Shown here: positions 1 to 14,518 of the stretch, piece after piece
How the letters are laid out: each line of letters opens with the position of its first letter
Numbering within the stretch: position 1 is the stretch's first letter
DNA from: Paraspadella gotoi
Lineage: Eukaryota; Animalia; Chaetognatha
NCBI GenBank assembly: GCA_051294375.1
Contig: CM119264.1
Location: 18,631,581-18,695,580 of the forward strand
Direction: 5' to 3'
Length of the DNA: 64,000 nucleotides
Program-made: the position numbers and the translations under genes
Notes under the pieces: generated by a model
Databases searched by the model: none
The model's input: only the letters and a program-made list of their open reading frames with translations
Told to the model about the DNA's origin: nothing

Positions 1-2105
1 TTTCTTCTTTCATGTTTTAAGAATCTGCATAAAAACAATCAGAATAGCAAACCTGAGAATGATTCAAAAAACTTTAAAAACTATCTTCATATGTCAAATT
101 GACTGACTGACATAGTAATCAGCAATAAGGGAATACTAACTAAAATCATAAAAATAAGAATTCTTTGGCATAGCGAAACCCGGGAGTAGAGCGAACCCAA
201 GTTGGAACAGTTTTCACATTGATCTCGCAGATTGTAATCGTGTTCAAGACTGCGAAAAAGATCAATGAGGAAACCGACGCAAAATGGGAAAAGCAAAGAG
301 AATCCAAGTAGCGGCGTTACTCGGCGAGATAGGGCGGGCCAGGTCTGAGGATAGAGTGGTTCAATTCGAGAGTGTATCCGACAGGAAGCGATGAAACGAG
401 AACGAATTATGATCGGCGAAACACAAACGACGGAGTCGGTATACGATTGCGTGCAAAATGACGACAAAAGGAGCGAGAGAGAATTAAGCTATTAATAGCG
501 CAAGTAACAACAAATGCTGAAGATCATTAATGCTTTCTTTTTTTTTTGTCGGGTGCATTTAAATCAGATATCTCCGGTTCATTCATATCAAGAAAGAAAC
601 AGAAATTTCATTTAAAAAAATACGCGTACTAGAGAAGAAAAAGTTATATCAGAGGAAGAAGCCAATCGTATACCAAGTCCGCCGCGAGTGAGCAGGAAAA
701 AAGAGAGCGAAAACTTAAGAAGAAAGTTTTCGGGAAGAGAGAGCGAAAGAGAGAGAGAGAGAGAGCGAGAGGATCGCTGAGATCGCTGGGATGGTTGGCG
801 CAACCCGGCCATTCGTTGATTGAGGGCTAGTGAATTGGAGATCAAATCAATGACGTCGTCACCAAAAATCCTCGTGTTTTAATTGGTTAATTTAGGGGAT
901 AGAGAAGTAAACCATTGGAGAGATCCCAATATTCGTTGGGAGTTGTAGATTAGATCGAGATATGCGAGAAAATGAACGCTAAAGAGAAAGACAGAGGAAA
1001 TGAGTACAGTAGAGTTGAAGTCGACGGCAGGCTATCATTATTTTAATAATTTTTTTTAATGTTTAGCCAATACGAATTTTTTTTTTGCTTGTACATAGAT
1101 AAAAATAACACGGAAAGTTTTTTTATATCTTTAAAAGTTAATGTTTGGTATTAAAAATATTAGCTTCATAACGATAGAAATTACCAGACATGCAATCAAT
1201 GCTTTTAATTTAGTATTTATTTAAGTGATAAGTTCTATATTTATTTTCATTATGATTATAAAAAAAAATTTAGATAAGTAAAAAAGAGCAGCACTTGTTA
1301 GTTGAAATTTTAAGTCACATTATATGTTTTTATACTGTTTTTGATATTGTTAAATTGTTTATGTATAAGATAATTATATGAAAATAATGTCAAAATATAA
1401 TCAAAAATTCTTAGAAAAGTTTAATATTTAAAAAAAATATTTTGCATATATCAACTATGAAGCTATCGTGTACATAGTATTCTTAGGTATGTTATACGAG
1501 AAGAGTGCCAAGAGTCAATAAGAGAGTCTAGATAGAAAGCTTATTGTGTCTTGCTATATTATCTTGTCAAAAGATTGGAGACCATAACCAAAGCCTGTCC
1601 AAAATCAGAAGAAAATATAGCATATTTATTGAATGAAAGTATAATTTTTATCTTGGTTATAGTACAGATTTTATTAAAGTTATATTTTTGTTTTAATACC
1701 CGCTTAAACTTTTGTGAAATCCTGACATCTAACGCGCAATTGAAAAAGGTTATGAAACAAAAGATTGCCAAGAAACAATATTTTTATCTGACATTTGAGA
1801 TAAACAATTGTTTTATTGAAAAGTCGAAAAGTAAAATAAGTCTAAGGGTTGGGATTAAAAACTTAGAGTAGTATTTATCTTCAGATTTTATTATAAAATA
1901 ATTATTGAATATCACATTATAATATACCAAAAAAATTACTGATCTTTTTTTTATTTTTGATATAGGTTTTATTTTTTGATGCTTTTACAATATGCTACGC
2001 TACTTAAAAGAATGCAACGCTAATTGAATTTGCTCTGTGCCGGTTTTCAGCTTAAACCGTTATTAAAATATATTAACGTTCCTTACCAATATATTTAGAA
2101 ATATT

Positions 2106-2270
2106 GACTGGCCATCTTATCTTTACTATCCTTTGGTCATTAAACTGCAGTATTAAACTATAATATGATTTTTAAAAAATTAAAGAATCTTAAAATTAAG
2201 GATTAATTTTTTTTTTTTTCAACTCCTGCAGTTTAATTACCAAAGGATAGTAAAGATAAGATGGCCAGTC
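2106..2270. repeat. Inverted repeat with 45-bp arms (MITE-like)
   Basis: 2106-2150 and 2226-2270 are reverse complements with one mismatch, around a 75-bp AT-rich spacer. Confidence 0.85.
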
Positions 2271-2899
2271 TGTAGCGGCCACTCTGGCTGAGTTCGATCT
2301 CTATGAAATCAATAACTAATTTAATTGGGACTCCCTGTATAAAATATCAAGTTAATCACATAATGCAATCAACTGCAGCATGAAATGAAAAAAATACTTT
2401 CATATATTTTTGCTGCTTGGCAAAACATTATTGCTGCAATCTACTATAGTGGATTCTGTATAAAGAACCAATACTTTTGGGGTTATTATGAATGACTGTT
2501 ATATACAACTGAAGGATTTTCGGGCTTTATAATATCCACATCTAATTCCCCTTAACTGTGCTAAGTTGGGCGTTTTAAAGGGGGAACCCATATGACATTT
2601 AACCAAAATATTGATGGCCAAGGGTAAACCATCTCCGAAATGTGGCTCAATCTTTCAGAAGCGTTTATGAAGAGCAGCTGTGATTCTTTCGGTTGCTGTG
2701 GCAGCAGCGGTTTTTGCAGCAGTGCTTGTCGCATGCAATGCGTCACAAAATTTAAAAAAAGATTAAGTGATACGTAAAAGAACAGTAGCTAAGGAAATCA
2801 AAGGTAGAAAAAATACGTCTTTTTAAAAAATGTATTTTTCTAGTGACCGAGAGGAGAGGGGGGCGCCCGGTCGCAGTGGCGATCTGATTGCGTGGATTG

Positions 2900-3055
2900 C
2901 AGTTGTCTTACTTTCCGGAACTTTGGATCCGGCGGGAGACCTGCTACGGATAGTTTAAAAGGCCCGTCACTCTTTTGCAAGGACCGTTCTGGCCAGGATT
3001 AGAACCTGGGACCATATAGAAGAAGAGTTAGCCCAGTGCTTTATCATTGATGGAA
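2900..3055 (-). mobile_element. Possible degenerate tRNA-derived SINE
   Basis: The minus strand shows a B-box-like GGTTCTAATCC inside the stem CCAGG...CCTGG, preceded by a weak A-box-like stretch. No TSD was seen. Confidence 0.3.
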
Positions 3056-4162
3056 GGATCAGTCATATCCACCGGGTAGTGACAGTTTGACTATGTCTGC
3101 ATATAGTCAGCATATAGTATACGTACTATTAGTGCAACCTTGTTGCAAAAGTTCTCTCTATCCTAAAAGGGGCTTGGGGTTAACGCTTCATGTATCGAAT
3201 TTGATCCTGAATAATTTTACCGGCTTGTTTGATCATTTATTTTGCATTTTAAAGTAATTGTACCTTGGTACCAGCAGGGCAGAAGATAGGTAAATAGGCA
3301 TGTTCCCACGTCGTCGAAACAGCCACAGAGACCATGTGTCCATTCACCCATCTTCTCTTAGAGGTAGAGTTGACGAATGACGATGTAGTAGCTGTTTAGG
3401 AGGGAAAAGGTTTTGAAGCTCAGGAAAGTTGGGTTCAGAGGTCCAAATTGAGCGATTTTAGCATTTGTGATTAGGCAGTATGCGGCCGCTACTGTTTATT
3501 CCTAGAAGTTATGGTAAAGCTATTTCTGATTTTAATAACTTTGATTATTCAGAGTTCGGGCCGAAGTTTGGGCCCATATTTCAAACGTTATGAAGACTGA
3601 TGCAATAGAACAGAAAATAGTGAAATTTATTTAGCAACTTTTCATACTACGTTGCTTCCAGACAAAAAGTTGCGAAAATTATAAAGACTTTTCATATATA
3701 TAAATTTTCGAAAAAATTACCAACACTTTTAATTATTAGAAAATCTTACTTTGATTTTGCCGTAATTAGGTGGCGAGACCTTGGTATTTTAAAAAACTAA
3801 AATTAAAATATGACGCTCTCCGACGCTCTCCGAATTGACTAGAATTTTTGTTCGTCCTTATGGAGACCAAATCTTGAGTTGTTTATTCGATAGAAGACAT
3901 TGAACACGTTTCCAGGTTATAAGCTATATTTAGGAAGAACATGAGGCGGATTGGTTGAAAGTTTTGTGGCACGAAATCATCGATTCGCTGCTGTTATTTT
4001 TAGGGATCTAGTAAATTGACTTTTAAATTGGAACCGACGCACGAATCTCATGTGTCGAGATTTAAATGAAAAAAATTGTACTGACATGTTCCGAAACATG
4101 ATTAGGATTTACTTATGTATGTACATTGTACAATGTATTGTACATAGATAAAAACATACAAT

Positions 4163-4275
4163 GGAGGCCTTAAACCACCAAAGCCTGTCCAGTGTCCAAA
4201 GTCAGGGGAAAGATTATTTATTATTTATTATATATTAAACGAATGGATAATTTTTATATTGGTTGTACTAATTTC
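4163..4275 (+). repeat. Short dispersed repeat (other copies ~1577-1670 and ~55380-55475)
   Basis: Shared GAGGCCTTAAACCACCAA.GCCTGT.CAAAGTCAGGGG.AAGAT...GAATGGATAATTTTTATATTGGTTGTAC. Confidence 0.75.
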
Positions 4276-5070
4276 ATAAATATAGTATTCCTCTATCTAA
4301 TAGTAATACTTAAGGGAGTAGTCTTTTCATACAATTGAAATATTCTTTGAAAAATTATACCACTTCATTGATAGGGAAGCCAGGTACTCATCTTGCTTGA
4401 ATTGCCACCTATGCTTTCGGCCTCCCTGCCATCATTCAAATTTTCACTAAAAACAGCAAGAAAGTTAACAGAAAATCGAAGTTTAACGGTGAACTATAAA
4501 GCATATTGGGGCTCGACGCCGTTGAGTGTTGACAGTAACGAATTCGCGCCATTAACGCCATCAATCTGTCGGCGTCGCGGGAAAACAATAGAAATCCTGT
4601 CGGTGACGAAGACAAACGTTCTGCGCATCTCGTTTCGAATATAAAAAAAAACCAAAAAAAACGGTGATATAAATTTGTAAAAATGGTAACTCGTGTTCGC
4701 TATCAATTTTAGTTCCTCAAAAGATCAAAATTAAATGAACAAGAAAAAAGCAAAAATTACTCATTTAAAAGAGAACAAACAAAACTATTTTCTCTCTATC
4801 TTTTTTGTTAGTTTTTATGCGCGACTATAATTATATTGAAATGGTCCTAATAAAAATCATCCTTGTTTGTTTATGTATATAGTATAATGTATATCCTTCT
4901 TATGCCTTCCTCTTCAAAACCCGAACATCGATTGTTAGTGGCACTTCCCGCGACCCCCTACCTTTCACGTCGTAGAGAATTCCCCATCTACTCACTTTCC
5001 ATTTTCACGCTTGGCAATCGTGATAAAAGGTTATTGTTATGGGAGCTATAAGTTATTCGTGATCTCGATG

Positions 5071-5083
5071 TTGAGAGAGGGAG

Positions 5084-5157
<74 letters not shown>

Positions 5158-5213
5158 GAGAGAAGAGAAGAGAAGAAGGAGAGAGAGAGAGAGAGAGAGA
5201 AAGACGAGAGAGA

Positions 5214-5261
<48 letters not shown>

Positions 5262-5277
5262 TAGAGACAGAGAGACA
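5071..5277. repeat. (AG)n microsatellite / purine tract
   Basis: Directly visible. Similar tracts lie at 7207-7265, 10677-10718, 11380-11417, 12392-12450, 44500-44552, 60247-60334, 60733-60834 and 63540-63650. Confidence 0.95.
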
Positions 5278-5695
5278 CTAAATCCCAAGATTTTTTTCCT
5301 AAGGTGTTTGAAAGTTACAATTGTCACGTCTAATACGACCTTGTTTTAGCCAAATAACTTTAAATTTTTAATTCAACAGTATTTTATTTTAATTAAAAAT
5401 TTTAAAAAGTTTACTTGGTTTAAATTTGTTTAATTTAATATTCCGCACTAGAAGTTTCACCGAAGCGAAAAATCGAATGGAATTCAATTTAGAAGATGCG
5501 AGATCGGGAGGAAAGGAAAAGATAGGACTTAAAAAGTTGGCTACATGAAGGAAGAGGTAAAGAAAGAAGTTAAAAAGTTTTAAGGAGAAAACTGGAAAGA
5601 GAAATAAAAGAAAATAAGAAAAAATTTTTGTAAAAAACCAGTATTAAGGGGAAAAAAGTGAAAAACAAGGTGAAAAGATAATGAATAAGGAATAG

Positions 5696-6003
5696 AACAA
5701 GAACGGTGATTCCACTGTGTTGCGCCGCATTGACTTTATTTTCATATGTATGACATAACATGACATGATTAAAAAACTTTTTTAGTCCTTGCACTGCATC
5801 GAAATTCCGTCTTTTATTCCTTTTAATTTTAGGATTTCCTAAAGGCGGCGCTAGCAGTCACTTAGATTTGAGGTTTTTTCCTGTCTTAACAAATTATATG
5901 CATTTTTAATATAAGACTGACTAACGGACAGACATACCGACCGACAGACCGACCGAAAAGTGACTTATAGAGTAGCTCCGCGAGTACTCGCGGCCTAACT
6001 AAA
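5696..6003 (-). mobile_element. Helentron/DINE-1-like non-autonomous element, copy A
   Basis: AACAAG end, sub-terminal GTTGCGCCGC, internal (GACA/GACC)n microsatellite, terminal hairpin CCGCGAGTACTCGCGG then AACTAAAA. Homologous to 37337-37682 and 40700-40990. Confidence 0.7.
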
Positions 6004-7204
6004 AAAATAAAAAGAGGAAGAGCGCAAGGATTCATGAAATTCAAACAGCCTTGGCGCTGCGAATCTTGTTTTATAATCATCAGTTTTATCCATTATTCGC
6101 TAACAAAGTACGTTAGTTGACCATTACCTTCAACAAGAAAATCTGATTGCCAATTACATTAGACTTACTATTAAAGAGAGTTTTCCGTGTTGAAATATAA
6201 TAAAGAAAGGGAGGTTTTAAACTGTGAGACTGGGTGAGTTTTCAAAACCAGGCCGATAGAGAAAATGAGTTTAAAGTGAAAATTGCAATGAAATGAAAAA
6301 GCGATATAACAGCTATATTTATAATATTATACATGGCATAAGTGCAAGAAACTGTAAAAAGGAAATGAAAAAAAATCTTTCCCGCCACCCCACCCCCCCC
6401 CCAAAAAAAAACTGCAGAATAGAAGACTTAAAAATTATTCATGTACGGTAAATAACCAAACCATATGTCCTCATATTTCGTTTAAGAAAAAGGATTGAGG
6501 AGAATGAAAAAAAATATTTAAAAAAGAAAAATATGGGCCAAAATGAAGACGAGGCACAGGTGAATGAAGTCATGAATAAATATAGGGGGACGCAGGGGGC
6601 GGAGGTGAATGTCGAATCGATGAGAGAAATCGGAAGTGAAAAAGACGGGAGGGGTTAGTGATGGCGAATTAAGTGGAAATGACGAATCGTGAAAAGCAAA
6701 AAAAAAAGAAGGGAAGACGAATCCGTGACGGCGTATCAAACAAAATCGGATAACGTCGAGTGAATGACGCGAGTGACGTCAAGCGGCGACGTCGTGATTA
6801 AATTCCGGCCTCGATTTCAATTTCCATTTCCTCTCTCGGAGACGGAGATGACGACGATGACGACGACGACTCCTGGTCTCCCTTTTAACGGCGTTTATCG
6901 TTCTTCACAGCCAACGGTGCAGCTCAATCAACGAACGCGCTCAGACCAATGACTGAAATTGGGAACGACAAAGAATCGAACAGATAAGATACATCACTTT
7001 TATTATGATTTAATTTATTTTATGATTAAAATGAGTTCATGATTGATAAATGAACGAATAAAAGATTAAAAAATTCAATTCATGAAGGAATGTTTCAGTG
7101 AACTTGGTTAAAAATTTTCCAAAAAAAAAGAGAATGGAAAAAAAAACGGAGCTGAATTATCTCACTCATATAAATGGAATAGTTATCCAAAACCAGACGG
7201 AAGG

Positions 7205-7268
<64 letters not shown>

Positions 7269-10200
7269 AGGATTGCTATCGTGATTGAGGCGTATTTTAT
7301 AGTTCAGTGCGGAGGACGATTTAATTCAATTAAATTCAGCCTTACTAGACTTTAAAATATATATATATATTTTAGTAAAACATAGATTATCTGACTCTGA
7401 GTTACAAACTCACAAAATTGAAAGCTAAAACTGGTCAGGTTCGTTGATTTTTCTCTACTCATGATATTCATGTTTCTTTTACTTCCCTTACTCTCATTTG
7501 CATCGCCTAAAATTGATAAGCGGATTGCATTTAATGCCACGATAGTCTATTACTGTTAAAGCTAGTCTTCTTTTCGGCATTATAGAAAGTTTTCTATCTC
7601 TTTAATATCTATTATTGCTGTTTTTCGATTAGTTACCCGCTAAGCCTCGGACTTGTTTTTAACTTGTTTTTATTCCAGATATTCTTTTAATCTTTTAAAG
7701 TATTGGTACAAACAATATAATTATATTTTTTCCTCGGGGCTTGACCATTTTCAGTAATTTCATTTTTTGTTCCTTTTCCCTTTTTATTTTCCTTCTTTTT
7801 TATTCAGCTTCTGTTTGCGTTTCTACTCAGTTTATCTTTTTCTCATAGAAGAAACAGCCTCAGTTTCGCGATAAGCAGTTCTACTCTCCCTTCGCAACTG
7901 CACGGGGCCCTACCCTCTCCCCCCATTTCGAATCCTCGTTGTTACTCCTTCAGAATTCTTATCGTAGCCCGTCCATTTTTCCTTGTCTCTCCCGGGAGAG
8001 ACTTCTTAATTTTTTATTCCAATTCAGGAGTTTTCTTATCCTTTCGAAATGGGTCGTTTGTTTTCCTTCTTTCTCTGATTAAGATTAATGCAGCGACGTT
8101 CGGAATAGTTTGTGGCGGTATATTCACACCGCCTCACATCCACCATCGTTCAGCCTATAACATTGGCTCAGAGGGGAAACGCACCATCCCAGTCGTTGTG
8201 TTCCATTCACAGTCTTAACGCTTCCCAGTATAAAAGGTGATAGACAGACGCGGGTCTATTACTCCTCTCCTTCTCATTCACCTCCTTTTCATCCTCCTCG
8301 GGACCGCGTTCACGAGGTTCAGTTCACCCTTCTCTCTCTTCTCCTACTAGTTTCTCCACTTTTTACCCTCATGATTTTGTCGCCGTATAGATTTTCCTTC
8401 CGTCAATATATTATTTTCCTGCATTCTCGTGACTTTATTTCCGGTTAGGATACCTTTTCAGAGTGACGCCCAATTGTGTTACTCGTTGGAAAAGCGAGAC
8501 CGTCCTAGGGTAACCGCGCCAATGACTTGAGGCGTCACTGAGGGTCGGAAACCCCCAAAGCCAACAGTGAAATACCCCATCCCAGAGGGCATCACAGGCG
8601 ACCCGGCTGCTGTCATGAGTTGTCGATTTCTGAAATTGAACGTTTAAAAGAGTGTACTCGTTCAATGTTTATTCGAGATAGAATCATAGAAAATGAAACG
8701 GCGAAATCTTGAATAATCCGATAATCAACACTGAAAGGGGATTCCAGCCTGATTATGTCAGTTACAGATTTCTTTCCATATTTTGTTTAAATATTCCTGT
8801 CGGTCTTCCCTCTTCCCTATCGATTAGTAATATTTTTTTTTAATTTTTGGAGCTCCATCTAACCATTTTCTTTCTTTTCTTTTAAAATCTCTATTCTATG
8901 TAGATCGTTTCTCTCGCGATTCATTCAGCGACCTCCACTCCATTTTTTTTTCTGGAGCTTTTTCCTAATTATGCAAATAAGGCGAAGTTTTTCGTCTCTT
9001 CCCCGTCGGTCGCGGCTGGAAAGATTGGCGATGTTGTTGTTGTTGTTGTTGTTGTGAAAGTCGTTTTGCCAATGGAGCGGAAAATTTTTTTTACAATATT
9101 GCCAAAAATATATCAGTCTTTTGGGATGATAAGAGTTTAAATAATCATTAATCAAGCAAAAAGTAAATGTGAAATTGTTTATAGTGTTAGTAATAAAAAA
9201 AGACTTTTTTCCTAGTTATTATTGACAAGGACATTTTTTATACCTTTCTTGGATATGGTTTTTTTTTTTACTCTTAAATAATAATTGATTATATATATGA
9301 AATTGGTAAAACCAATATTCATTCATTCATACTTTTTATCATTTTTGTCATTTCATTTTTCTTCTTGCAACTTCGTACATTGATTGTTTTCTGTTCCATT
9401 TTAGTTTGAGACCTCACTGCTCTCTCTCTCTGTCTTTCTCTCTTCATCCCTTTCGACCATGTTTAAGAACCTATAAGACCCATAATGTTTATCTTCCTTT
9501 TTCTTCCCTTTCCCTTCCCGTCCACCGCTCTCTCGCTTGCCAATCTAACGGCGGCCAGTTTTGGCGATAAGGGGAGAACGTCGCTCAATGGGAGTCTTTA
9601 AAGGGGAAGGGGTCAACGCCGCGTTCAGGAGTATAGCAGTAAATATTCACGCAACGCTTAACTATGCATTAGAAATGATAGGAGAGCCACTATAAATAAT
9701 TTGATTCATGCAGTCTTCTCCTCAACCCTGTGACTGTTTCGCGGTCGAGAAATGAAATTACAACAATTTTTTTTGTTTTTTGATTTGGTTAAAATACGTG
9801 AGTAGGAGTTAAATTGTAAAAGCCAATCTGATTATACATATTAGTACTCTGACGTATAAGTTATCTATAGAAAAAGAGAGGGTTGTAGTTCGAGAGAGCG
9901 AGAAAGTGAACCCAGACGGAAGCCGAGGAGAAAATGGAGGTCACGGGATCTGCCATTAAGGCGATGATTTTGGCGGAGGTCCGCTCCCCGGGGCCACGCG
10001 CTTTCCCCCGCAAGCTCCGCCCATCTCCTCCGCTCATTTCTCCTCGGATTTTCGATCCGCCTCTCGGTTATCCGCCTCCCTTCGTTTTTCATCGGGTCTC
10101 TGGAAGATCCTCAATTCTCCTCAACGTCCCGATTTTGTCTTCAAGCTCTTTATTCAATATTCAAATATTCATACATTATCATTTCCCCTTTTCTTTCTCT

Positions 10201-10672
10201 CACTCTCCTTTATCCTTTCTCCCGCCGTAATTCGGAATTGCTTCTGTTAATTTTTTGCTCTCAGCTCTGTTACATTTTCAGCTAAAACTAAAATTTACTA
10301 CAAAATCTTCTTTCCTGCACATCGTCATATACCTCCTAATTCGTTTTTCTTTCAGAATTCCCACAAAACCCGAACTCCCTTGACCCTCCTCCACGTTCCC
10401 GACATACAGTGCAGCGGCCGTTCTTGCCCATATTGCTCGCATTCGCGTTGCCCCGGGACATTGCGCTCTCATGACCCCTCTATCGATTGTGTCTTATTCT
10501 CCGAGTATTTCCTCGACGCTTTTACTTTTCTTTTTCCTCATCCCCCCTACTTTATTCTGCTCCTCACCTTTAACTAATCCCATTTCCTCTTTTCTATTTC
10601 CGTACAGAGTTGTGCCCAACTTATTTTTTTTTAACGAAAAAAAAAATTTGCGGCGATTGAAGTTTATTTTTA

Positions 10673-10718
<46 letters not shown>

Positions 10719-10737
10719 TTCGTGACGACGTTGTGGA

Positions 10738-10975
10738 CAGTAGAGTGGAGCTCTCAAGAATAAAAAAAATATTTTAATGACAGAACAATGATAATTAGAT
10801 GTGAGATGATTAACGAGTATGAAAAATGTTTTGCTCATATTGTTTAGGGAACAGTATAGTAAAATACAATATTCTTATAGTAATATCCTTATAAATTAGT
10901 AAAATTTAAAAATAGTTTTTTGAAAATTTTTATTAGAGACTCGGATTTTTAAAAAAAAGTTAGATCAAAAATATT
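10738..10975 (+). repeat. AT-rich dispersed repeat (second copy ~39428-39665)
   Basis: Shared GTGGAGCTCT...TTTTGCTCATATTGTTT.GGGAACAGT...AAATTTTTATTA.AGA...AAAAGTTAGA. Confidence 0.65.
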
Positions 10976-11379
10976 AAAAAGAGGAAAAAAGGTAAAAATT
11001 CAAAACATTTTTATTCTCTCTAGTAGAAACAATAATATGCTGAAACGTTTTAATATTTGTTGTGGTCTAAACATTAAAATATCATATAATGAAGTGACAG
11101 TAATAATTGTTATGAGTTAGTGACTGAACCGTTCATCACTCCACTCTTGTGGACCTTTAAAGAACGACGTAGTCAAGGATCACTGGTACCACGAGTCGCG
11201 GTTCAGCCATTAAATTTTGAAAATACTCAAGGAAGGAGTTAGATAATACTAATGCCTATGCATGTAAGTAGCCGTCCCTTTCAATTGGTAAAATTTTGTG
11301 CTTTCGAAAGAAATGGCTTATTGACTAAATTTTGTTTGCGAAATTTCAAACTGAATCGTCATGAATAATTCACTGCATA

Positions 11380-11416
<37 letters not shown>

Positions 11417-12390
11417 TTATATTTCAAAAGCAGAAGCGTGATCTTGCAAACGCACAAAATAAATGCTCTTTTTCTATCTACACTCCTCTGTGGTACGCAA
11501 CGTCTTCACAGTTACCCCTTATGACTGGACGCACTACATGTTATTTTGCGTCAACCTTTCTGTTTTAATGGTTCAAAACGGTGGGGAAAAGTCTAAAAAA
11601 AATTCAATTTCATAGCTATTCCCGATACGGGTCTCAAATCTCCTTGTTTTCGCAGATACTAGATCCGTCCAGCTTTTAGTTGCGACCTGTCATTTTCGTA
11701 TTTCTGCGAGTTTAGAAGATTCGAAAGATTTAGGGTAAAAAAAAGAATAGGAGATTAATGATCTCACAGGCTCGCGTCTGGTGTCTCTCTCAAAAAAGTT
11801 TTACTTGAAAAATTACGAGTGAACGAGTTTTAATCATGAAAGGGAAGTCACAATGTTATATTTTGAAAAAGGGTCTCCAGTTTAACGCCCTGCTCCTTCA
11901 TCGGTCCGCCTATCCCGTCTTCCTGTTTCTCTAAGCTTGTCGTAGGCTCTGTCTCTCCGTCTCGCTCTCGCCTCCTTTAGCTATTTTGAATTCCAATCTC
12001 ATTCAGTTCCTTAAACTTTTCCCCTTGTCCCACCTACTGGTCAAAATCCATGGTACACTACTCTTGAACCTTGTGAATTTTGCCATGTCGCTTGTATCTT
12101 GCGTCCCATTCCTTTTTCTAGCTCTGTCTTAGCAATCTCTTGTCCAGCTCCTTCGAATCCATTTCTCAACCCGCTATTTCGTCCCTCTTTCATTTTCCTT
12201 TCTCTTCCTCCCCCAATCCTGCTATTTAAACCTCGTCTCCACCGCCCCCCCGTCGGCCATCTTCGATCCTTTTCTCGTTTATGTGAACCTGGAGAAAAAA
12301 ATAAAATTCCGTTTCATTTCCGTCGAGCACGAGGAGGATTTTAGGTTCAGAAGGTCGCCAGTTCGAGTTAATGTTTCCCCGTCTCACACG

Positions 12391-12452
<62 letters not shown>

Positions 12453-14193
12453 CCGACTCTCGCCCTCCCTTTTCTCTCTCTGCTCCTGCGAATCAAATAT
12501 AGATGACAGAGAAGAATCATGGGCAGAAGAGACTCGAAGGCTTCCCTCCGGCTTTCTCTGACTTCGCCTTAATGTCTGTCTGCCCCTTAAAAACGGTTTT
12601 TTTTTCTTTCTCGCATTCCCGCCACCCTTCAGAAAAACCCAGACTTTATGTGGAGGTCAATCTCGGCGCCATTTTTATGGGAATCGGTTTCTTTTGCTTC
12701 TTTTCTTTTCTATTTTCTTTCTGAACATTTCTCAACTTTTATATTTTTCAAAGGGAAAATCCTGATCGGAGATTTACGATGTCGCGGTTTTTACCCAAAC
12801 AAAGTTTTGACAGATCTAAAGGCGATAGCGTTTTCTTTCTAATCTTTTTAGAGTTTTGTGTGTTTGCTTAGTTTTGATACACATACGTCTATTCTTTATC
12901 TCATCAGAAGTAAAAAAAAAATATTGAATACGGTTATAGTTCTTTCGATTTTGTACTTGAACTTTGCCAGTGTGTCACGCGTTTGCAATCATCAAACTCC
13001 TTGAGTCTAAATGTTCAAAAATTTACTTTATGGACTACTATTTCGCATTTTGTTACTTTAAACTTATTCCACCGTCTCCCACTAAGACTAATCATCATCT
13101 TTATCATCATATTTGTGGCGACGAAGAATTAATTTGAACTACTCTTCTTTCCGCGGGAGATTGGCGGGCAAATGAGAGACTGCGTCGATAAGTCGCAAAT
13201 GCAAACCTCAATCTCAGGTTCTAGTTGTAGAAAGAAGCGAATGTCAACGTTTAGATTCTGAATGACGTTTTGCTTTCGACAATCACGCAAGACAAAATCC
13301 GGCAAAAGATATTTCACCCATTAGTAATACATACTTTTTAAGTACAGTCCCGTGCAAAAAAAAAAGAGGGCACCATAAAACACTACGCAATTTAATTATG
13401 TTAAGGAATCAAGTTTTACCGTAAATGAGTTTTGACTCACTAACTTTGAATTTATAACTTCTCCTTTCCTCTACAATCTACATATGTAAATCCTTTTTAG
13501 ATTTTTACCTATGAAAATTTGCAAAATTACTTGTTTCACTATTTTCTATTTTTATACTTTATACTATTTACTTTCTACTATTTACGGCTTGACATTAAAA
13601 TGTCTATAGAGAGGGCTATGGCGGAGAGGGGGGGTTAAACTTATAAAGAAAGGGGATGAAGGGGCGATTGGTAAAGAAGGTAACCACAGATCAAGGAGCG
13701 GAATAAGCCGGGGCCGTATAAATATATCAAAAATATCCTTTGTGAGAAGGAGAAAAAGCTATAAATTTTAAAAAATGGGAAGCATTAGAATGTTCCATGC
13801 ACAAAAATAATTTTAGGATCGGTGTATATACATTATACAATTACATCGTGATCATGAAAAAAAAACAAGACGAATTTAAGATTAGCTAAGACAATGTCAG
13901 GCCGTTCGAGAGAAGCGATAATTGTGAGAAAAAGGTTTCAGTGAGAACATCAAAACAACATGAATGCCACGGAGTGAAAATTTAAGATAACCGGTTATCC
14001 TGTCGCCAAACTCTGACCTAACTAAGATTAGAAAATAGGGCAATTCGCTTGCTTCTTGCCAAATCGCCTATTAGGCGAATGATAAAACATTGAGCAAAAG
14101 GAATTCTGGATCCGTTAGCATAAAAAATTCACGAGTCTTCCTCTTTCTTTTCGATTTTTTCTACACACAGTCGCCACACCAATATAATGTATC

Positions 14194-14518
14194 CAGGGGC
14201 GGCGAGGGAAATGGCGGGCCCCTCCACTGTATTTCCGACTGAACTTGACTGAATAAGGGGCCTCATTAAAAGTGAAATGGACTATATCCGTGAAACAGTT
14301 GGAACATTACCAATAAAGGGGCCTTGATTTGACCTAAATAGGAGCCCAACTTGATCCCTAAAGTCTAAAGTGGCCCCAAGCATGATCTAACCTGAATTTG
14401 ATCAGTTAGTCTATCAGCACAAACTGAGCCTTTCTTCTTTTTTCATTTCTTTTCTTTTCTTTTCTTCTTTTTTTCTCTCGTGGCGAGGGGCCCTCCCTCC
14501 CCACTCTCGCCGCCCCTG
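14194..14518. mobile_element. hAT-type MITE (325 bp)
   Basis: Perfect 13-bp TIRs CAGGGGCGGCGAG / CTCGCCGCCCCTG and a perfect 8-bp TSD AATGTATC (14186-14193, 14519-14526). No coding capacity. Confidence 0.88.

Noticed and set aside
87-467. 126-aa minus-strand ORF
   Set aside because: No ATG start, no recognisable motif and no convincing splice context.
4988-5349. ORFs rich in SL/ER dipeptides (also near 7.1, 10.5, 12.3, 44.4, 60.1-60.8 and 63.5 kb)
   Set aside because: They are translations of (AG)n/(CT)n microsatellites.
13343-13820. TA-CAGTCCCGTGCAAAA Tc1/mariner-like terminus, with part shared with ~52100
   Set aside because: No matching opposite TIR and no transposase; at most an old fragment.
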